Shown here: positions 1-11,047 of the stretch, piece by piece | Layout of the letters: every line of letters starts with the position of its first letter | How positions within the stretch are numbered: the stretch's first letter is position 1 | From: Candidatus Buchananbacteria bacterium | Lineage (GTDB): Bacteria > Patescibacteriota > Patescibacteriia > Buchananbacterales > UBA6539 | Direction of reading: 5' to 3' | NCBI GenBank assembly: GCA_013359225.1 | Contig: JABWCG010000001.1 | Coordinates: 432,916 to 496,915 of the forward strand | Length of the DNA: 64,000 bases | The notes under the pieces: model-generated | Seen by the model: the letters and a program-made list of their open reading frames with translations, nothing else | Told to the model about the DNA's origin: nothing | The model's database searches: none | Translations under genes and position numbers: made by a program

Positions 1-353
1 ACCCAGTCCTCATTAGGATTTTGGACTTGCGCCACAAAATCATACCGCCCTTCCCTTCCTCCTAAAGCATCAAAACTTAAAATTTGAATATCAAGCGGCT
101 TATTCGCCTGGCGAAAATAGGAATAGTCAATCAGATTAAGGCTCAAAACGCTCAAATCCTGTTTAAAATTCTTGTCCTCAACAACCAAGATCATAAGCAC
201 CTTATATAAACTATATCCATACAGCAAAACGCTAAGCAACATTAATAAGACAATCAGCGCTTGGCGCAGTCGAATCTTGTGGCTAACATACCAATAGCTT
301 AGTTTGATTTTCCAGCCACTAACTTGATGAGGGTTTCCTGTCGCTAAAACCAT
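1..353 (-). CDS. Hypothetical membrane protein, 3' end beyond the window; ATG near 351-353, begins MVLATGNPHQVSGWKIKLSYWYVSHKIRL
   Basis: An open minus-strand frame runs from an ATG near 353 to the window edge with no stop. It contains a hydrophobic helix (LIVLLMLLSVLLYGYSLYKVLMILVV). It is missing from the ORF track, probably because it is truncated. Confidence 0.3.
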   Translation of the reverse strand, partial: MVLATGNPHQVSGWKIKLSYWYVSHKIRLRQALIVLLMLLSVLLYGYSLYKVLMILVVEDKNFKQDLSVLSLNLIDYSYFRQANKPLDIQILSFDALGGREGRYDFVAQVQNPNEDW

Positions 354-442
354 AAAAATAAAAATAGGTTATTTATATTATAACACAAAATAATCTTTCG
401 TGGGTAACCTTAATTTTCATTTGATTTTTTTTCATCAGCTCT

Positions 443-469
443 TGAAAATTTCGACGGTTATGCTATACT
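443..469 (+). promoter_or_regulatory. Candidate sigma70-type promoter upstream of gyrB (TTGAAA ... TATACT, short 15-nt spacer)
   Basis: The hexamers sit about 90 nt upstream of the gyrB start in an AT-rich leader. The spacer is sub-optimal. Confidence 0.25.
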
Positions 470-534
470 TAATACAGAAAAAAATGACTAAAAATAAACA
501 AATTTAAGCCATTTTTTAGTCATCATTGTATTGA

Positions 535-2610
<2,076 letters not shown>

Positions 2611-2629
2611 AAAAATTTAACAAAAAAAT

Positions 2630-2676
2630 AAAAAAGGGCTTGATTCGAAGTTACGCGAATAAAGCCCTTTTGCTTT
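2630..2676. terminator. Bidirectional rho-independent terminator between convergent gyrB and the 2683-3126 gene
   Basis: Stem AAGGGCTT / AAGCCCTT with a loop of about 20 nt. An A-run lies 5' and a T-run lies 3'. Confidence 0.55.
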
Positions 2677-2682
2677 TAGCGG

Positions 2683-3126
2683 CTAAAGCCGCTGAAGTTC
2701 CCCAAAGGTCAAGTCATCAGGCAGCAGTGCCCGATGAAACCCTTTGTAATCAGCGTCGTTGATCGGACGCATGGTTTTGAAATGGACCTGTTCGGCCTGG
2801 CTGGAAAACTGTAAACTTTCCGTAATTTTTTTGGTCAACGTATCAACCAAATCCTCAAGACCTAAAACTTCCGGATGATTTCTCATGAACCAGACCAACT
2901 GGTCTCGGATGTGTTCCGTCTGGCGAATTGCCGACGAGCCAATCATAATATCGGGATTAAGTCTGACCGATCCGCAAATGCCGCCAGACATCACAATCAC
3001 TAGCGATGGCTTGCCGCACTTACTACAGGTAATAGTCATGACTCCTGAGACAATTTCAATTTGCAGCGGAACGCCGCAATGAGAACAACGCATCATCGCC
3101 GTTGTTTTCATAGTGCCACCCTCCAT
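2683..3126 (-). CDS. Hypothetical zinc-ribbon protein (CSHCG...CSKCG); the start may be the internal Met at about 3111
   Basis: 147-aa ORF with a C4 zinc-ribbon near the N-terminus and a soluble C-terminal domain of unrecognised family. It is convergent with gyrB and shares its terminator. Confidence 0.5.
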   Translation of the reverse strand: MEGGTMKTTAMMRCSHCGVPLQIEIVSGVMTITCSKCGKPSLVIVMSGGICGSVRLNPDIMIGSSAIRQTEHIRDQLVWFMRNHPEVLGLEDLVDTLTKKITESLQFSSQAEQVHFKTMRPINDADYKGFHRALLPDDLTFGELQRL

Positions 3127-3192
3127 TGGTGCAAGTATTATTATTGTAGATACGGTCGAAAAAATAAGTCAACTAATTAAAAATAAAGATGC

Positions 3193-3222
3193 TTGACAAA
3201 ACAAAAATAAAATTGCTATAAT
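3193..3222 (+). promoter_or_regulatory. Sigma70-type promoter of the secE-nusG-rplK-rplA operon (TTGACA, 18-nt spacer, TATAAT)
   Basis: Consensus -35 and -10 hexamers lie about 70 nt upstream of the secE start. Confidence 0.5.
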
Positions 3223-3239
3223 AGTACTACAATCAATAA

Positions 3240-3257
3240 CCCCCAAAAGGGGGTTTT
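3240..3257 (+). promoter_or_regulatory. GC hairpin plus U-tract in the secE leader (CCCCC AAAA GGGGG TTTT); possible attenuator
   Basis: A perfect 5-bp G:C stem with a tetraloop is followed by TTTT. It sits between the promoter and the secE start. Confidence 0.3.
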
Positions 3258-3292
3258 AAAATCCTTGCAAATTTTGACTAATTTTAGCAAAT

Positions 3293-3481
3293 ATGAATAT
3301 TATTAACCGCTTAGTGAACTATCTAAAAGCTTCACAACTGGAGCTTAAAAAAGTAGTATGGCCTTCCAAAAAGGAAGTTATTACCCACACCATGCTGGTA
3401 ATCGGCATTAGTGTCGGCGTGGCTTTATTTTTGGGCGTTACCGACTACGTCTTAACGCTGCTATTGGACATCCTGCTTTAA
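3293..3481 (+). CDS. secE: Preprotein translocase subunit SecE
   Basis: 62-aa protein with a single C-terminal TM helix. It sits in the conserved position immediately upstream of nusG-rplK-rplA. Confidence 0.8.
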   Translation: MNIINRLVNYLKASQLELKKVVWPSKKEVITHTMLVIGISVGVALFLGVTDYVLTLLLDILL

Positions 3482-3491
3482 TTTTAAAACT

Positions 3492-4037
3492 ATGCCAAAA
3501 CAAACACTACAACAAGGTCGTCGCTGGTACGTCATCCATACCTACTCCGGTTACGAGGAAAACGTCAAACGAAACCTCGAACAGCGTATTGAATCAATGG
3601 ATATGGAAGATAAAATTTTTAATGTTTTGATCCCTACCGAAAAAAAGATCAAGATTAAAAACGGCAAACGTAAAGTAGTAACTGAGAAAATCTTTCCTGG
3701 CTACGTCCTGGTTGAAATGGTTGTTGATGATAACTCCTGGTACGTCGTGCGAAACACCCCGAACGTTACCGGTTTCATCGGTTCTGGCACTACCCCAACC
3801 CCCATTTCTGAAAGTGAAATTAAAAACTTACAGAAACGAATGGGTGTTGAAGAACCAACCTTCAAAATTGATGTCACTGTCGGCGCGCCAGTTCGAATCA
3901 CCGACGGCCCGTTCAAAGGTTATGAAGGTAAAGTCAATAAAATTGATGAGGATCGCGGTAAAATTAAAGTCTTGGTTTCGATGTTTGGCCGCGAAACGCC
4001 AGTTGAGCTCGATTTCCTACAAGTTAAAAAAATCTAA
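3492..4037 (+). CDS. nusG: Transcription termination/antitermination factor NusG
   Basis: 181 aa. The N-terminal NGN domain (RWYVIHTYSGYEENV) and a C-terminal KOW motif (GPFKGYEGKV) are present. It lies in the secE-nusG-rplK-rplA synteny. Confidence 0.92.
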   Translation: MPKQTLQQGRRWYVIHTYSGYEENVKRNLEQRIESMDMEDKIFNVLIPTEKKIKIKNGKRKVVTEKIFPGYVLVEMVVDDNSWYVVRNTPNVTGFIGSGTTPTPISESEIKNLQKRMGVEEPTFKIDVTVGAPVRITDGPFKGYEGKVNKIDEDRGKIKVLVSMFGRETPVELDFLQVKKI

Positions 4038-4062
4038 TGCAAAATTATAATTATCTAACCTT

Positions 4063-4488
4063 ATGGCTAAGAAAGTAAAAACAGTTATTAAACTGCAAAT
4101 CACCGGGGGGCAAGCTAATCCAGCACCACCAGTTGGTCCGGCGCTCGGTCAGCATGGTTTAAACATTGCTGAATTCTGTCAGCGTTTTAATGAGGCAACC
4201 CGCGATCGTCAGGGCGAAGTGACACCGGTTGAAATCACTGTCTATGAAGATCGAACTTATAGTTTTATCACTAAAACCCCTCCTGCCGCTGAACTACTAA
4301 AGAAAGTGGCCGGCGTGCCCAAGGGTTCAGGCGAGCCGCTTAAGAAAAAAATCGGCAAAATCACCCGGGCTCAGATTAAAGATATCGCTCAAAAGAAAAT
4401 GCCCGATTTAAACGCCAAAGATATCGAAGGCGCAATGAAGATTATTGAAGGCACTGCCCGACAGATGGGCTTGGAAGTTGTTGACTAA
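4063..4488 (+). CDS. rplK: 50S ribosomal protein L11
   Basis: 141 aa. The N-terminus reads [35 protein letters not shown]. Confidence 0.95.
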   Translation: MAKKVKTVIKLQITGGQANPAPPVGPALGQHGLNIAEFCQRFNEATRDRQGEVTPVEITVYEDRTYSFITKTPPAAELLKKVAGVPKGSGEPLKKKIGKITRAQIKDIAQKKMPDLNAKDIEGAMKIIEGTARQMGLEVVD

Positions 4489-4509
4489 ATTACTAATTAA
4501 TTTGCGGGA

Positions 4510-4528
4510 CCCTGAAAATTAATCAGGG
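4510..4528 (+). promoter_or_regulatory. Hairpin in the rplK-rplA intergenic region (CCCTGA AAATTAA TCAGGG); possible L1 autoregulatory site or attenuator
   Basis: A perfect 6-bp stem lies 27 nt upstream of the rplA start, just ahead of the Shine-Dalgarno AAAGGAA. Confidence 0.2.
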
Positions 4529-4554
4529 GTTTGTACCGCGAAAGGAAACATCAT

Positions 4555-5235
4555 ATGAAACGTTCAAAGCGTTATCAGGAATTAATCAAAAAGGTTGATA
4601 AGACAAAAGTCTATTCAATCGAAGAAGCAATTAAATTGATCAAAGAAACGGGAAAAACTAAGTTTGATAGTTCCGTTGAAGTCCACGCCCGGCTCGGGAT
4701 TGATCCCAAAAAAAGTGATCAGCAGGTCCGCGGCGCGGTCAGTCTTCCCCATGGCACCGGCAAAACCAAAAGAATCGCCGCTTTCGTCATGCCTGACAAA
4801 GAAAAAGAGGCCAAAGAAGCCGGCGCTGACGTTGTTGGCGGTCAAGAGTTGATTGAAGAAATCAAAAAAACCGGCAAGTGCGACTTTGACGTTGCCGTTG
4901 CCACTCCAGACATCATGCCAAAAATGGCTGTTGTCGCCAAAACCCTTGGACCACGAGGATTAATGCCGTCGCCGAAAAATGAAACAATTACGACAAATCT
5001 TAAAAAAACCATTGGCGAACTGAAAAAAGGCAAAGTTAGCTTCAAAAATGATGACACCTCAAACGTTCACCAGATTATTGGCAAAGTTTCATTTGACGAT
5101 AAACAGCTGTTAGAAAATTATACCGCTTTCATTGACGTCTTAAAAAAATCAAAGCCGTCTTCAGCAAAAGGAACTTTCATCCAAAATGTCAGTATTAGCT
5201 CAACAATGGGTCCTGGCATTAAAGTTCAACTCTAA
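4555..5235 (+). CDS. rplA: 50S ribosomal protein L1; start at the ATG after the Shine-Dalgarno AAAGGAA, 8 codons inside the track ORF
   Basis: The protein starts MKRSKRYQELIKKVDKTKVYSIEEAIKLIKE and ends in L1 C-terminal motifs. Confidence 0.93.
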   Translation: MKRSKRYQELIKKVDKTKVYSIEEAIKLIKETGKTKFDSSVEVHARLGIDPKKSDQQVRGAVSLPHGTGKTKRIAAFVMPDKEKEAKEAGADVVGGQELIEEIKKTGKCDFDVAVATPDIMPKMAVVAKTLGPRGLMPSPKNETITTNLKKTIGELKKGKVSFKNDDTSNVHQIIGKVSFDDKQLLENYTAFIDVLKKSKPSSAKGTFIQNVSISSTMGPGIKVQL

Positions 5236-5254
5236 AAATCCCTTGAAATCTTGA

Positions 5255-5288
5255 AAAACTCCGCCTTCAGCTTGGCGGAGTTTTTGAT
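5255..5288 (+). terminator. Rho-independent terminator after rplA
   Basis: Stem CTCCGCC / GGCGGAG with a loop TTCAGCTTG, followed by TTTTT. Confidence 0.6.
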
Positions 5289-5334
5289 TGGGAATTCTGG
5301 CTCTTTTAATGGTAAAAAACTAAAAAATTTTTAT

Positions 5335-5364
5335 TTGCCAAAAGCAACTAAAATCTGTTAAAAT
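5335..5364 (+). promoter_or_regulatory. Candidate promoter of the dTTP-synthesis operon (TTGCCA, 18-nt spacer, TAAAAT)
   Basis: The hexamers lie about 35 nt upstream of the dCMP deaminase ATG. Confidence 0.4.
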
Positions 5365-5398
5365 ATACTCGTTATTAGTAACATTCTTGTCAAAAATT

Positions 5399-5941
5399 AT
5401 GGCTGAAGAACGCAAGCATTATCGTCCAAATTGGGATGACTATTTCATGGCAATTGCCAAAATAGTGGCGGCTAGAGGAACCTGCGACCGACTCTACGCC
5501 TCAGCGGTTTTGGTGAAAGACAACAGAATAATCTCAACCGGTTATAATGGTTCGCCGCCAGGTTTGCCCCACTGTAATGATGTTGGCCATTTAATGGAAG
5601 AGGGCCACTGTGTCCGCACAATTCATGCCGAACATAATGCAATTTTACAAGCGGCCGCCCAGGGTGGTACCAGTACCATCGGCTCAACCATCTACATGAA
5701 ATACAGCCCATGCATTCACTGCACTAAATATATTATCTCAGCCGGCATAAAAAGGGTTGTGTTTGAAAAAATTTATCGCAATCAAAAAGTTACCGAAATG
5801 TTCAAACAGGCAGGCGTTGTTGTTGAAGAATACAAATCAAATCCGGCCTGGCAGGAAGAAATCCTCAAAATATTTTCCGAAGAAACACCAACTCGCATTA
5901 ATGAGGGCGAAGTTAAATTGGAGGAAAAAAATGAAGCCTAA
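5399..5941 (+). CDS. dCMP deaminase (deoxycytidylate deaminase); ATG start inside the track ORF that begins at 5387
   Basis: The cytidine/deoxycytidylate deaminase zinc motifs HAEHNAI and PCIHC are present. Confidence 0.85.
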   Translation: MAEERKHYRPNWDDYFMAIAKIVAARGTCDRLYASAVLVKDNRIISTGYNGSPPGLPHCNDVGHLMEEGHCVRTIHAEHNAILQAAAQGGTSTIGSTIYMKYSPCIHCTKYIISAGIKRVVFEKIYRNQKVTEMFKQAGVVVEEYKSNPAWQEEILKIFSEETPTRINEGEVKLEEKNEA

Positions 5942-6491
5942 AATAATTATCGGCCTCATTGGTGAATTGGCCGCTGGCAAAGGCACTATTACCCGCTACT
6001 TAAAAGAAAATCATCAGGCTGTTAGCTTTCGCTTTTCCGATCCCCTGCGCGAAACCTTAAATATTTTTGATCTTGATGTCTCGCGCGAAAACATGCAGAA
6101 CATCTCAACGATGCTACGAACAAACTTCGGCGAAAATATTCTGGCTAAAGCCATTGCGAAAAAGGTTCGCGAAGGAGATGATAACTTCATTGTAATTGAC
6201 GGCGTCAGGCGCCACACCGATCTAGAAAATTTAAGCGACGTACCGGGTTTTAATCTCGTATATATCACTGCCGATCAAAAAATTCGGCACGATCGCTATG
6301 TCAAACGAAACGAGAATGTTGGCGACGATAAAATGACTTTTGCCGATTTTCAAATCAAAGAACAGGCCGAAGCCGACCGACAGATTCCTGAAGTCGCCAA
6401 ATCAGCCAACTATAAAATAAACAACGACGGTTCGCTAGAACAGCTATATCAGCAAATTGAAGATACCATTAAAAAAATAAATGAAAATTAA
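5931..6491 (+). CDS. P-loop deoxynucleoside-monophosphate kinase, T4 gp1-like; start at the ATG after GGAGG, inside the track ORF that begins at 5757
   Basis: A Walker A motif (GLIGELAAGKGT) is present. The C-terminus NNDGSLEQLYQQIEDTIKKI resembles, as I recall it, the C-terminus of phage T4 dNMP kinase (NDGSLEELF...). The gene sits inside a thymidylate-synthesis gene cluster. Confidence 0.55.
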   Translation: MKPKIIIGLIGELAAGKGTITRYLKENHQAVSFRFSDPLRETLNIFDLDVSRENMQNISTMLRTNFGENILAKAIAKKVREGDDNFIVIDGVRRHTDLENLSDVPGFNLVYITADQKIRHDRYVKRNENVGDDKMTFADFQIKEQAEADRQIPEVAKSANYKINNDGSLEQLYQQIEDTIKKINEN

Positions 6492-6903
6492 AGTCAAAAG
6501 ATTAAACCCAGAAGCTCAACTCCCCTCATATGCCCATCCCGGAGATGTCGGGCTTGATCTATATGCACTGGAAAATTATCAGCTGTTACCTGGGGAAAAC
6601 AAGATCTTTTTCTTGGGCTTTGCCCTGGAGTTTCCTGAAGGCTACGCGGCGATTGTTAAGGATAAAAGCAGTCTGCCAAAGAACGGCAAAATTCACACCA
6701 TGGGCGGCGTCTATGACGCCGGGTATCGGGGAGAATACAATGTCAACCTAATTAATCTAGGTGATAAACCATACTTAATTGAAAAAGGAAATAAAATTGC
6801 TCAATTACTAATTATGCCGGTTGTCTTAGCCGAACTGGAAACTGTTGACCAGTTAAGCGAAACTAGTCGCGGCGAGGGTCGGTTCGGATCAACCGGAAAA
6901 TAA
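6481..6903 (+). CDS. dut: dUTP diphosphatase (dUTPase)
   Basis: 140 aa. The trimeric dUTPase motifs AHPGDVGLDLY, GYRGE and the C-terminal RGEGRFGSTG are present. Confidence 0.9.
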   Translation: MKIKVKRLNPEAQLPSYAHPGDVGLDLYALENYQLLPGENKIFFLGFALEFPEGYAAIVKDKSSLPKNGKIHTMGGVYDAGYRGEYNVNLINLGDKPYLIEKGNKIAQLLIMPVVLAELETVDQLSETSRGEGRFGSTGK

Positions 6904-6909
6904 AAAAAT

Positions 6910-9255
6910 ATGGAGGACAAAAAAGTATTTTATATTATTGCCATAGTAATTATACTGGCTTTAATTGTAACCGGGGTAATCCTGCTATTTTTTTATTTTC
7001 AAAAAACCAGTACCACCCCTGATCCCAATGCAGTCGCAAACGTCAATCAGAATCAAACTGCCGGAACCCTGCCAAATAACCAAACAGTTGGCGATCCAAA
7101 TGACCCCAATAACGCCGCTGCCGCCTCTTTAGCCAAAGAAAAACAATTTATTTCATCATTCTGGCGTCCGAGCGAAATCAGCTTTAACCCAAGCCTGCCA
7201 ACTTACCAGACTCCCATTACTGAAATCAAAAATCAAATTGTTAATTATCGAGACTTTTCAAGAAAAATTGATGTTGAATCTAGTCTCGAAAAATTAGCAG
7301 CAAATAGTTTCGTCGTCATCGCAGATCCGTTCAAATCGCAGTCATCTGACTGGGAAACAAGTTATAAATTAATCAGGGAAAACGAGTTGCCCATATTTAT
7401 CAGCACCGATTCTGTAGCCGGAGTATATCAAACCACTTTGCATGTTATCTATAAAGAAATTGAACAAGATATTTTTTATCCGTCGCTTTGGAAATTACTA
7501 AACCAACTTTACCAGAAAAATAAAGCACGCTATGACCAAAAGCTCAAACAATTTGGTATTCAAACTGACTTACTGACTGAAGCTAACCGCCTTGAATTGT
7601 CCTACCTAGCCGTGGCTCTCAAACTCCTCCAGCCGGATGTGGCTCAAATTAGAGAGCCGCTCTCAACTGATGACAATAAATTTTTTACGCCCCAAGAAGC
7701 AGGTCAATATGCTTTTAACATCCCCGATTATCTTGATAAAGAAGTGACTGGCGAAATTGAATTAATTACCAAAAAAATCAAGGGTGCTGAATCAAAGGTT
7801 TTTCTTTATCCAAAAAATTATCAAGTTTTTGACGTTCCTGAACAATATCGTACTTCAGAAAAACTCAAAAATTATTACCTGGCGATCACCTGGCTCAACG
7901 AAGGATTTTTCCCGCTCTGGCATCAGGATAATGACTGTGCTGATTGTCTACTTGACGAACAAGATCATCAGATCAACTTGGTGGCAGCACTGTTGCTCAG
8001 CACCGATCTAGCCAGTGATCAAAATCTTAAAAACAGTTGGGCTAATATTTATAAATCAATTTCCTTTTTCAGAGGCTTGGAATCAAACTTAACTTACATT
8101 GACTATGCCCAATCACTAAAAAATATTTTTGGGGATGACTACGATATTGAACAATTATTTAGCGCTGACAATGCCACCGTTAAAGAACGAATCAGTCTTA
8201 TCCAAGAAGCACTTGGCTCCGTCACATTTTTGAGTGCACTTGGTGGCGATAACCAGTCCAAACCAAATACTGGCCTGCGCCTGCTTAGAAACTACCATCT
8301 ATTAGAAAATAAACTCTTTAACCGATTAACCTATCAGGCTACCGGAGAATATCTTGGCGAAACTAAAAATGTTGTCTTGCCATTCACCGGTTGTAATGTT
8401 GAAAAATTATTCCTACGATGCTGGCCGACCAGCCTTGATTTATTCAACCTGCTTGGCAATCAAACAGCTGCTAATATCTTAAGCGAGAATAAAAATAATC
8501 TTTACCAAAATTACCAGCCCAACCTTAACCAGCTTAAAGAGGAGCTGACAAAATTTGATCAAAATACCTGGCATGATAATGCATACTTAAGCCTGTTGTC
8601 GGCATTACAAAAAATCAATCATGATAACACTGCTGGTTACCCGGTTTTTATGACAACTGACGCTTGGCGGAAAAAAACTTTAACTACCAGTCTCGGAGCC
8701 TGGGTTGATTTTCACAAAGAAATAAACTTTGAGCGGTCAGAAACAAAAGAAAGTGGCGGCTTGGGTTCTTACTTTCCATACGGCTATGTCGAACCGCAGG
8801 TGGCGTTTTATGGTGAATTGCTTAGCAACGTAAAAATGATTATTGAGGGTTTTAATACCTTGCAAATAATCTCACCCGTCAGCCGCTCATACGAACGGCT
8901 TAATAACTTAAAAATTACGCTTGAAAAGTTAGCCGACATTTCAAAAAAAGAATTAGAAAATACTTCGCTTGAACAGACTGATTACGAATTTATTAATAAT
9001 TTCAACAAACATATCCGAACCTTTATTGGTGACGTCCGCAAAGAAAGCATCCAAAATACTCATACTCTCAGATTCCCGCTAGAAAATAATCGGCTCCTTG
9101 ATCAAAAAAATAAAGGGCTTGATTATTTGATCGTCGCTTATCCGAATTCTACGGGGCAGTTGTTTTTCGCCATTGGTCCGGTGTATAGTTTCACCGAGGA
9201 AAAAAATGGCGGAGCCGCCTCAACTAATTGGCAAACCGACTATAAAATAAAGTAA
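6910..9255 (+). CDS. Hypothetical large membrane-anchored protein (781 aa, N-terminal TM helix, Asn/Gln/Pro-rich linker)
   Basis: A long intact ORF with host-like codon usage. No recognisable family. It is inserted between dut and thyA. Confidence 0.7.
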   Translation: MEDKKVFYIIAIVIILALIVTGVILLFFYFQKTSTTPDPNAVANVNQNQTAGTLPNNQTVGDPNDPNNAAAASLAKEKQFISSFWRPSEISFNPSLPTYQTPITEIKNQIVNYRDFSRKIDVESSLEKLAANSFVVIADPFKSQSSDWETSYKLIRENELPIFISTDSVAGVYQTTLHVIYKEIEQDIFYPSLWKLLNQLYQKNKARYDQKLKQFGIQTDLLTEANRLELSYLAVALKLLQPDVAQIREPLSTDDNKFFTPQEAGQYAFNIPDYLDKEVTGEIELITKKIKGAESKVFLYPKNYQVFDVPEQYRTSEKLKNYYLAITWLNEGFFPLWHQDNDCADCLLDEQDHQINLVAALLLSTDLASDQNLKNSWANIYKSISFFRGLESNLTYIDYAQSLKNIFGDDYDIEQLFSADNATVKERISLIQEALGSVTFLSALGGDNQSKPNTGLRLLRNYHLLENKLFNRLTYQATGEYLGETKNVVLPFTGCNVEKLFLRCWPTSLDLFNLLGNQTAANILSENKNNLYQNYQPNLNQLKEELTKFDQNTWHDNAYLSLLSALQKINHDNTAGYPVFMTTDAWRKKTLTTSLGAWVDFHKEINFERSETKESGGLGSYFPYGYVEPQVAFYGELLSNVKMIIEGFNTLQIISPVSRSYERLNNLKITLEKLADISKKELENTSLEQTDYEFINNFNKHIRTFIGDVRKESIQNTHTLRFPLENNRLLDQKNKGLDYLIVAYPNSTGQLFFAIGPVYSFTEEKNGGAASTNWQTDYKIK

Positions 9256-9258
9256 ATT

Positions 9259-10131
9259 ATGAAAGCATACCTAGACATTGTTAAAAAAGTTCTAACCGAC
9301 GGAACTAAAAAAGAAAATCGTACCGGTATTGATACCATTTCAATCGCCGGCATGATGTTTGAACATGATATGGCCGAAGGCTACCCGTTGCTCACCACTA
9401 AAAAAGTACCATTTCGCCTAGTCGCTAGCGAACTTGAATTCTTTATCAAAGGCTTAACCGACAAACAGTGGCTAATTGACCGCAATAACCACATTTGGGA
9501 TGAATGGGCCAACCCTAAAAAAGCGCCATACGGCCACGACGAAGCGGCCAAAAACAAAATGGCTGCTGAACGCGACTTGGGCGCGATTTATGGCTTTCAG
9601 TGGCGGCATTTCAATGCCGCTTATGATAATTTTGATTCAAATTACTCCGGCCAAGGCGTTGATCAACTCAAAAAACTGGTTGAAACGATTAAAACTAATC
9701 CCAACGATCGCCGAATGATTGTTTCAGCCTGGAACCCATTACAAATGAACGAAATGGCGTTGCCTCCATGCCACTACTTATTTCAAGTAGTTATAACAGG
9801 CAACAAATTAAATTTAATGTGGAATCAGCGTTCCGTTGACGTCATGTTAGGCCTGCCATTTAACATCGCCAGCTATTCCCTGCTACTTCACCTGTTAGCC
9901 AAAGAAACCGGCTACCAGGAAGGCCGCCTGGTTGGTTTTTTAGGTGATGTTCATATTTATGAAAATCATATTAAAGGTGCTAAAGAACAACTCTCTCGCG
10001 ATCCGAATAAATATAAACTCCCCACAGTTGAAACTAAAAATTTCCAATCAATCTTTGAGTGGCAATATACCGACACCGAATTAATTAATTACCAAAGCTA
10101 TCCGACCATTAAGCTTGAAATCGCTGTTTAA
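9259..10131 (+). CDS. thyA: Thymidylate synthase ThyA
   Basis: 290 aa. The motifs RTGIDTIS, ...LPPCH..FQ and the conserved C-terminus are present. Confidence 0.95.
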   Translation: MKAYLDIVKKVLTDGTKKENRTGIDTISIAGMMFEHDMAEGYPLLTTKKVPFRLVASELEFFIKGLTDKQWLIDRNNHIWDEWANPKKAPYGHDEAAKNKMAAERDLGAIYGFQWRHFNAAYDNFDSNYSGQGVDQLKKLVETIKTNPNDRRMIVSAWNPLQMNEMALPPCHYLFQVVITGNKLNLMWNQRSVDVMLGLPFNIASYSLLLHLLAKETGYQEGRLVGFLGDVHIYENHIKGAKEQLSRDPNKYKLPTVETKNFQSIFEWQYTDTELINYQSYPTIKLEIAV

Positions 10132-10133
10132 CT

Positions 10134-10649
10134 ATGAAAATAATTCTCATGATGGCAATGACTGCCGATGGCATTATTGCTAAACACAAAGACCATACTG
10201 CTGACTGGACCACCAAAGCCGATAAAAAAGCATTTATCGCCGAAACTAAAAAACATGGGGTCATCATTATGGGCGAAACCACATTTAACACCATTGGCCG
10301 CCCCTTGCCTGGACGACTGAATTTAATTTTAACGCTAACGCCGGAAAAATATCAGGAGCAAGTTCAACCAGGTTTGTTGGAATTTATGAACGCCCCAGCT
10401 GAAACAGTGGTACAAACCCTGGAGCAACGAGGCTTTACGTCAGCGGTACTTGGTGGTGGCGCCAGAACAAACTCTTTCTTTTTAAAAGCAAATTTAGTAG
10501 ATGAGATTTTAATTACGGTTGAACCAAAAATTTTTGGAATGGGTATGAACTTTACCGAAGGTGAAGACCTCGACCTTAATTTACAGCTTCTGGCGGCAAA
10601 AGAAATTGGAGACCAGGCCGTTCAGCTTCATTACAAAATAATAAAATAA
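10134..10649 (+). CDS. folA: Dihydrofolate reductase
   Basis: 171 aa. The motifs MAMTADGIIA and IIMGETTFNTIGRPLPGR are present. It lies immediately downstream of thyA. Confidence 0.85.
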   Translation: MKIILMMAMTADGIIAKHKDHTADWTTKADKKAFIAETKKHGVIIMGETTFNTIGRPLPGRLNLILTLTPEKYQEQVQPGLLEFMNAPAETVVQTLEQRGFTSAVLGGGARTNSFFLKANLVDEILITVEPKIFGMGMNFTEGEDLDLNLQLLAAKEIGDQAVQLHYKIIK

Positions 10650-10668
10650 AAAAGAGGTAAAACCTCTT
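10640..10668 (-). terminator. Rho-independent terminator of the minus-strand gene 10676-11017 (also a hairpin after folA)
   Basis: Stem GAGGT / ACCTC with an AAAA loop. On the minus strand it is followed by TTTTTTATTTT. Confidence 0.45.
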
Positions 10669-10675
10669 AAGCGTG

Positions 10676-11017
10676 TCAGGACTGGCAAAATGCCAGACCG
10701 ACTTTCCGCAAAACAAAAGTAAAACAAACAAAGAACAAAACCAGCACTGCTGTCGTCAACCAGGACACATCTGGTATCTGGTAAAGCGACGTCAGCAATC
10801 GGGCGCCGAGCGTAAGCGGGCTCGCCAGATACAACGCATACATGCAGGGCATAAAACACCCGCTGATCAGCAGAACTGTTCTACCACACTCTCGTCCATT
10901 GCGAAGAGCGGCAAACATTGATAATCCGACGGCCAAAACCAGCCAGGCCGCCAAAACAGCTAACAGCACGATACCGATCATATTGCGTCCTCCAAGATGG
11001 TTGGGGCCAAACCGCAA
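10676..11017 (-). CDS. Hypothetical small membrane protein (113 aa), GC-richer than its surroundings
   Basis: Two or three predicted TM helices. It has its own terminator. It is antisense-embedded between folA and tmk. Confidence 0.4.
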   Translation of the reverse strand: MRFGPNHLGGRNMIGIVLLAVLAAWLVLAVGLSMFAALRNGRECGRTVLLISGCFMPCMYALYLASPLTLGARLLTSLYQIPDVSWLTTAVLVLFFVCFTFVLRKVGLAFCQS

Positions 11018-11047
11018 ACAATGCTACTCTAACTAATTACCAAATAA

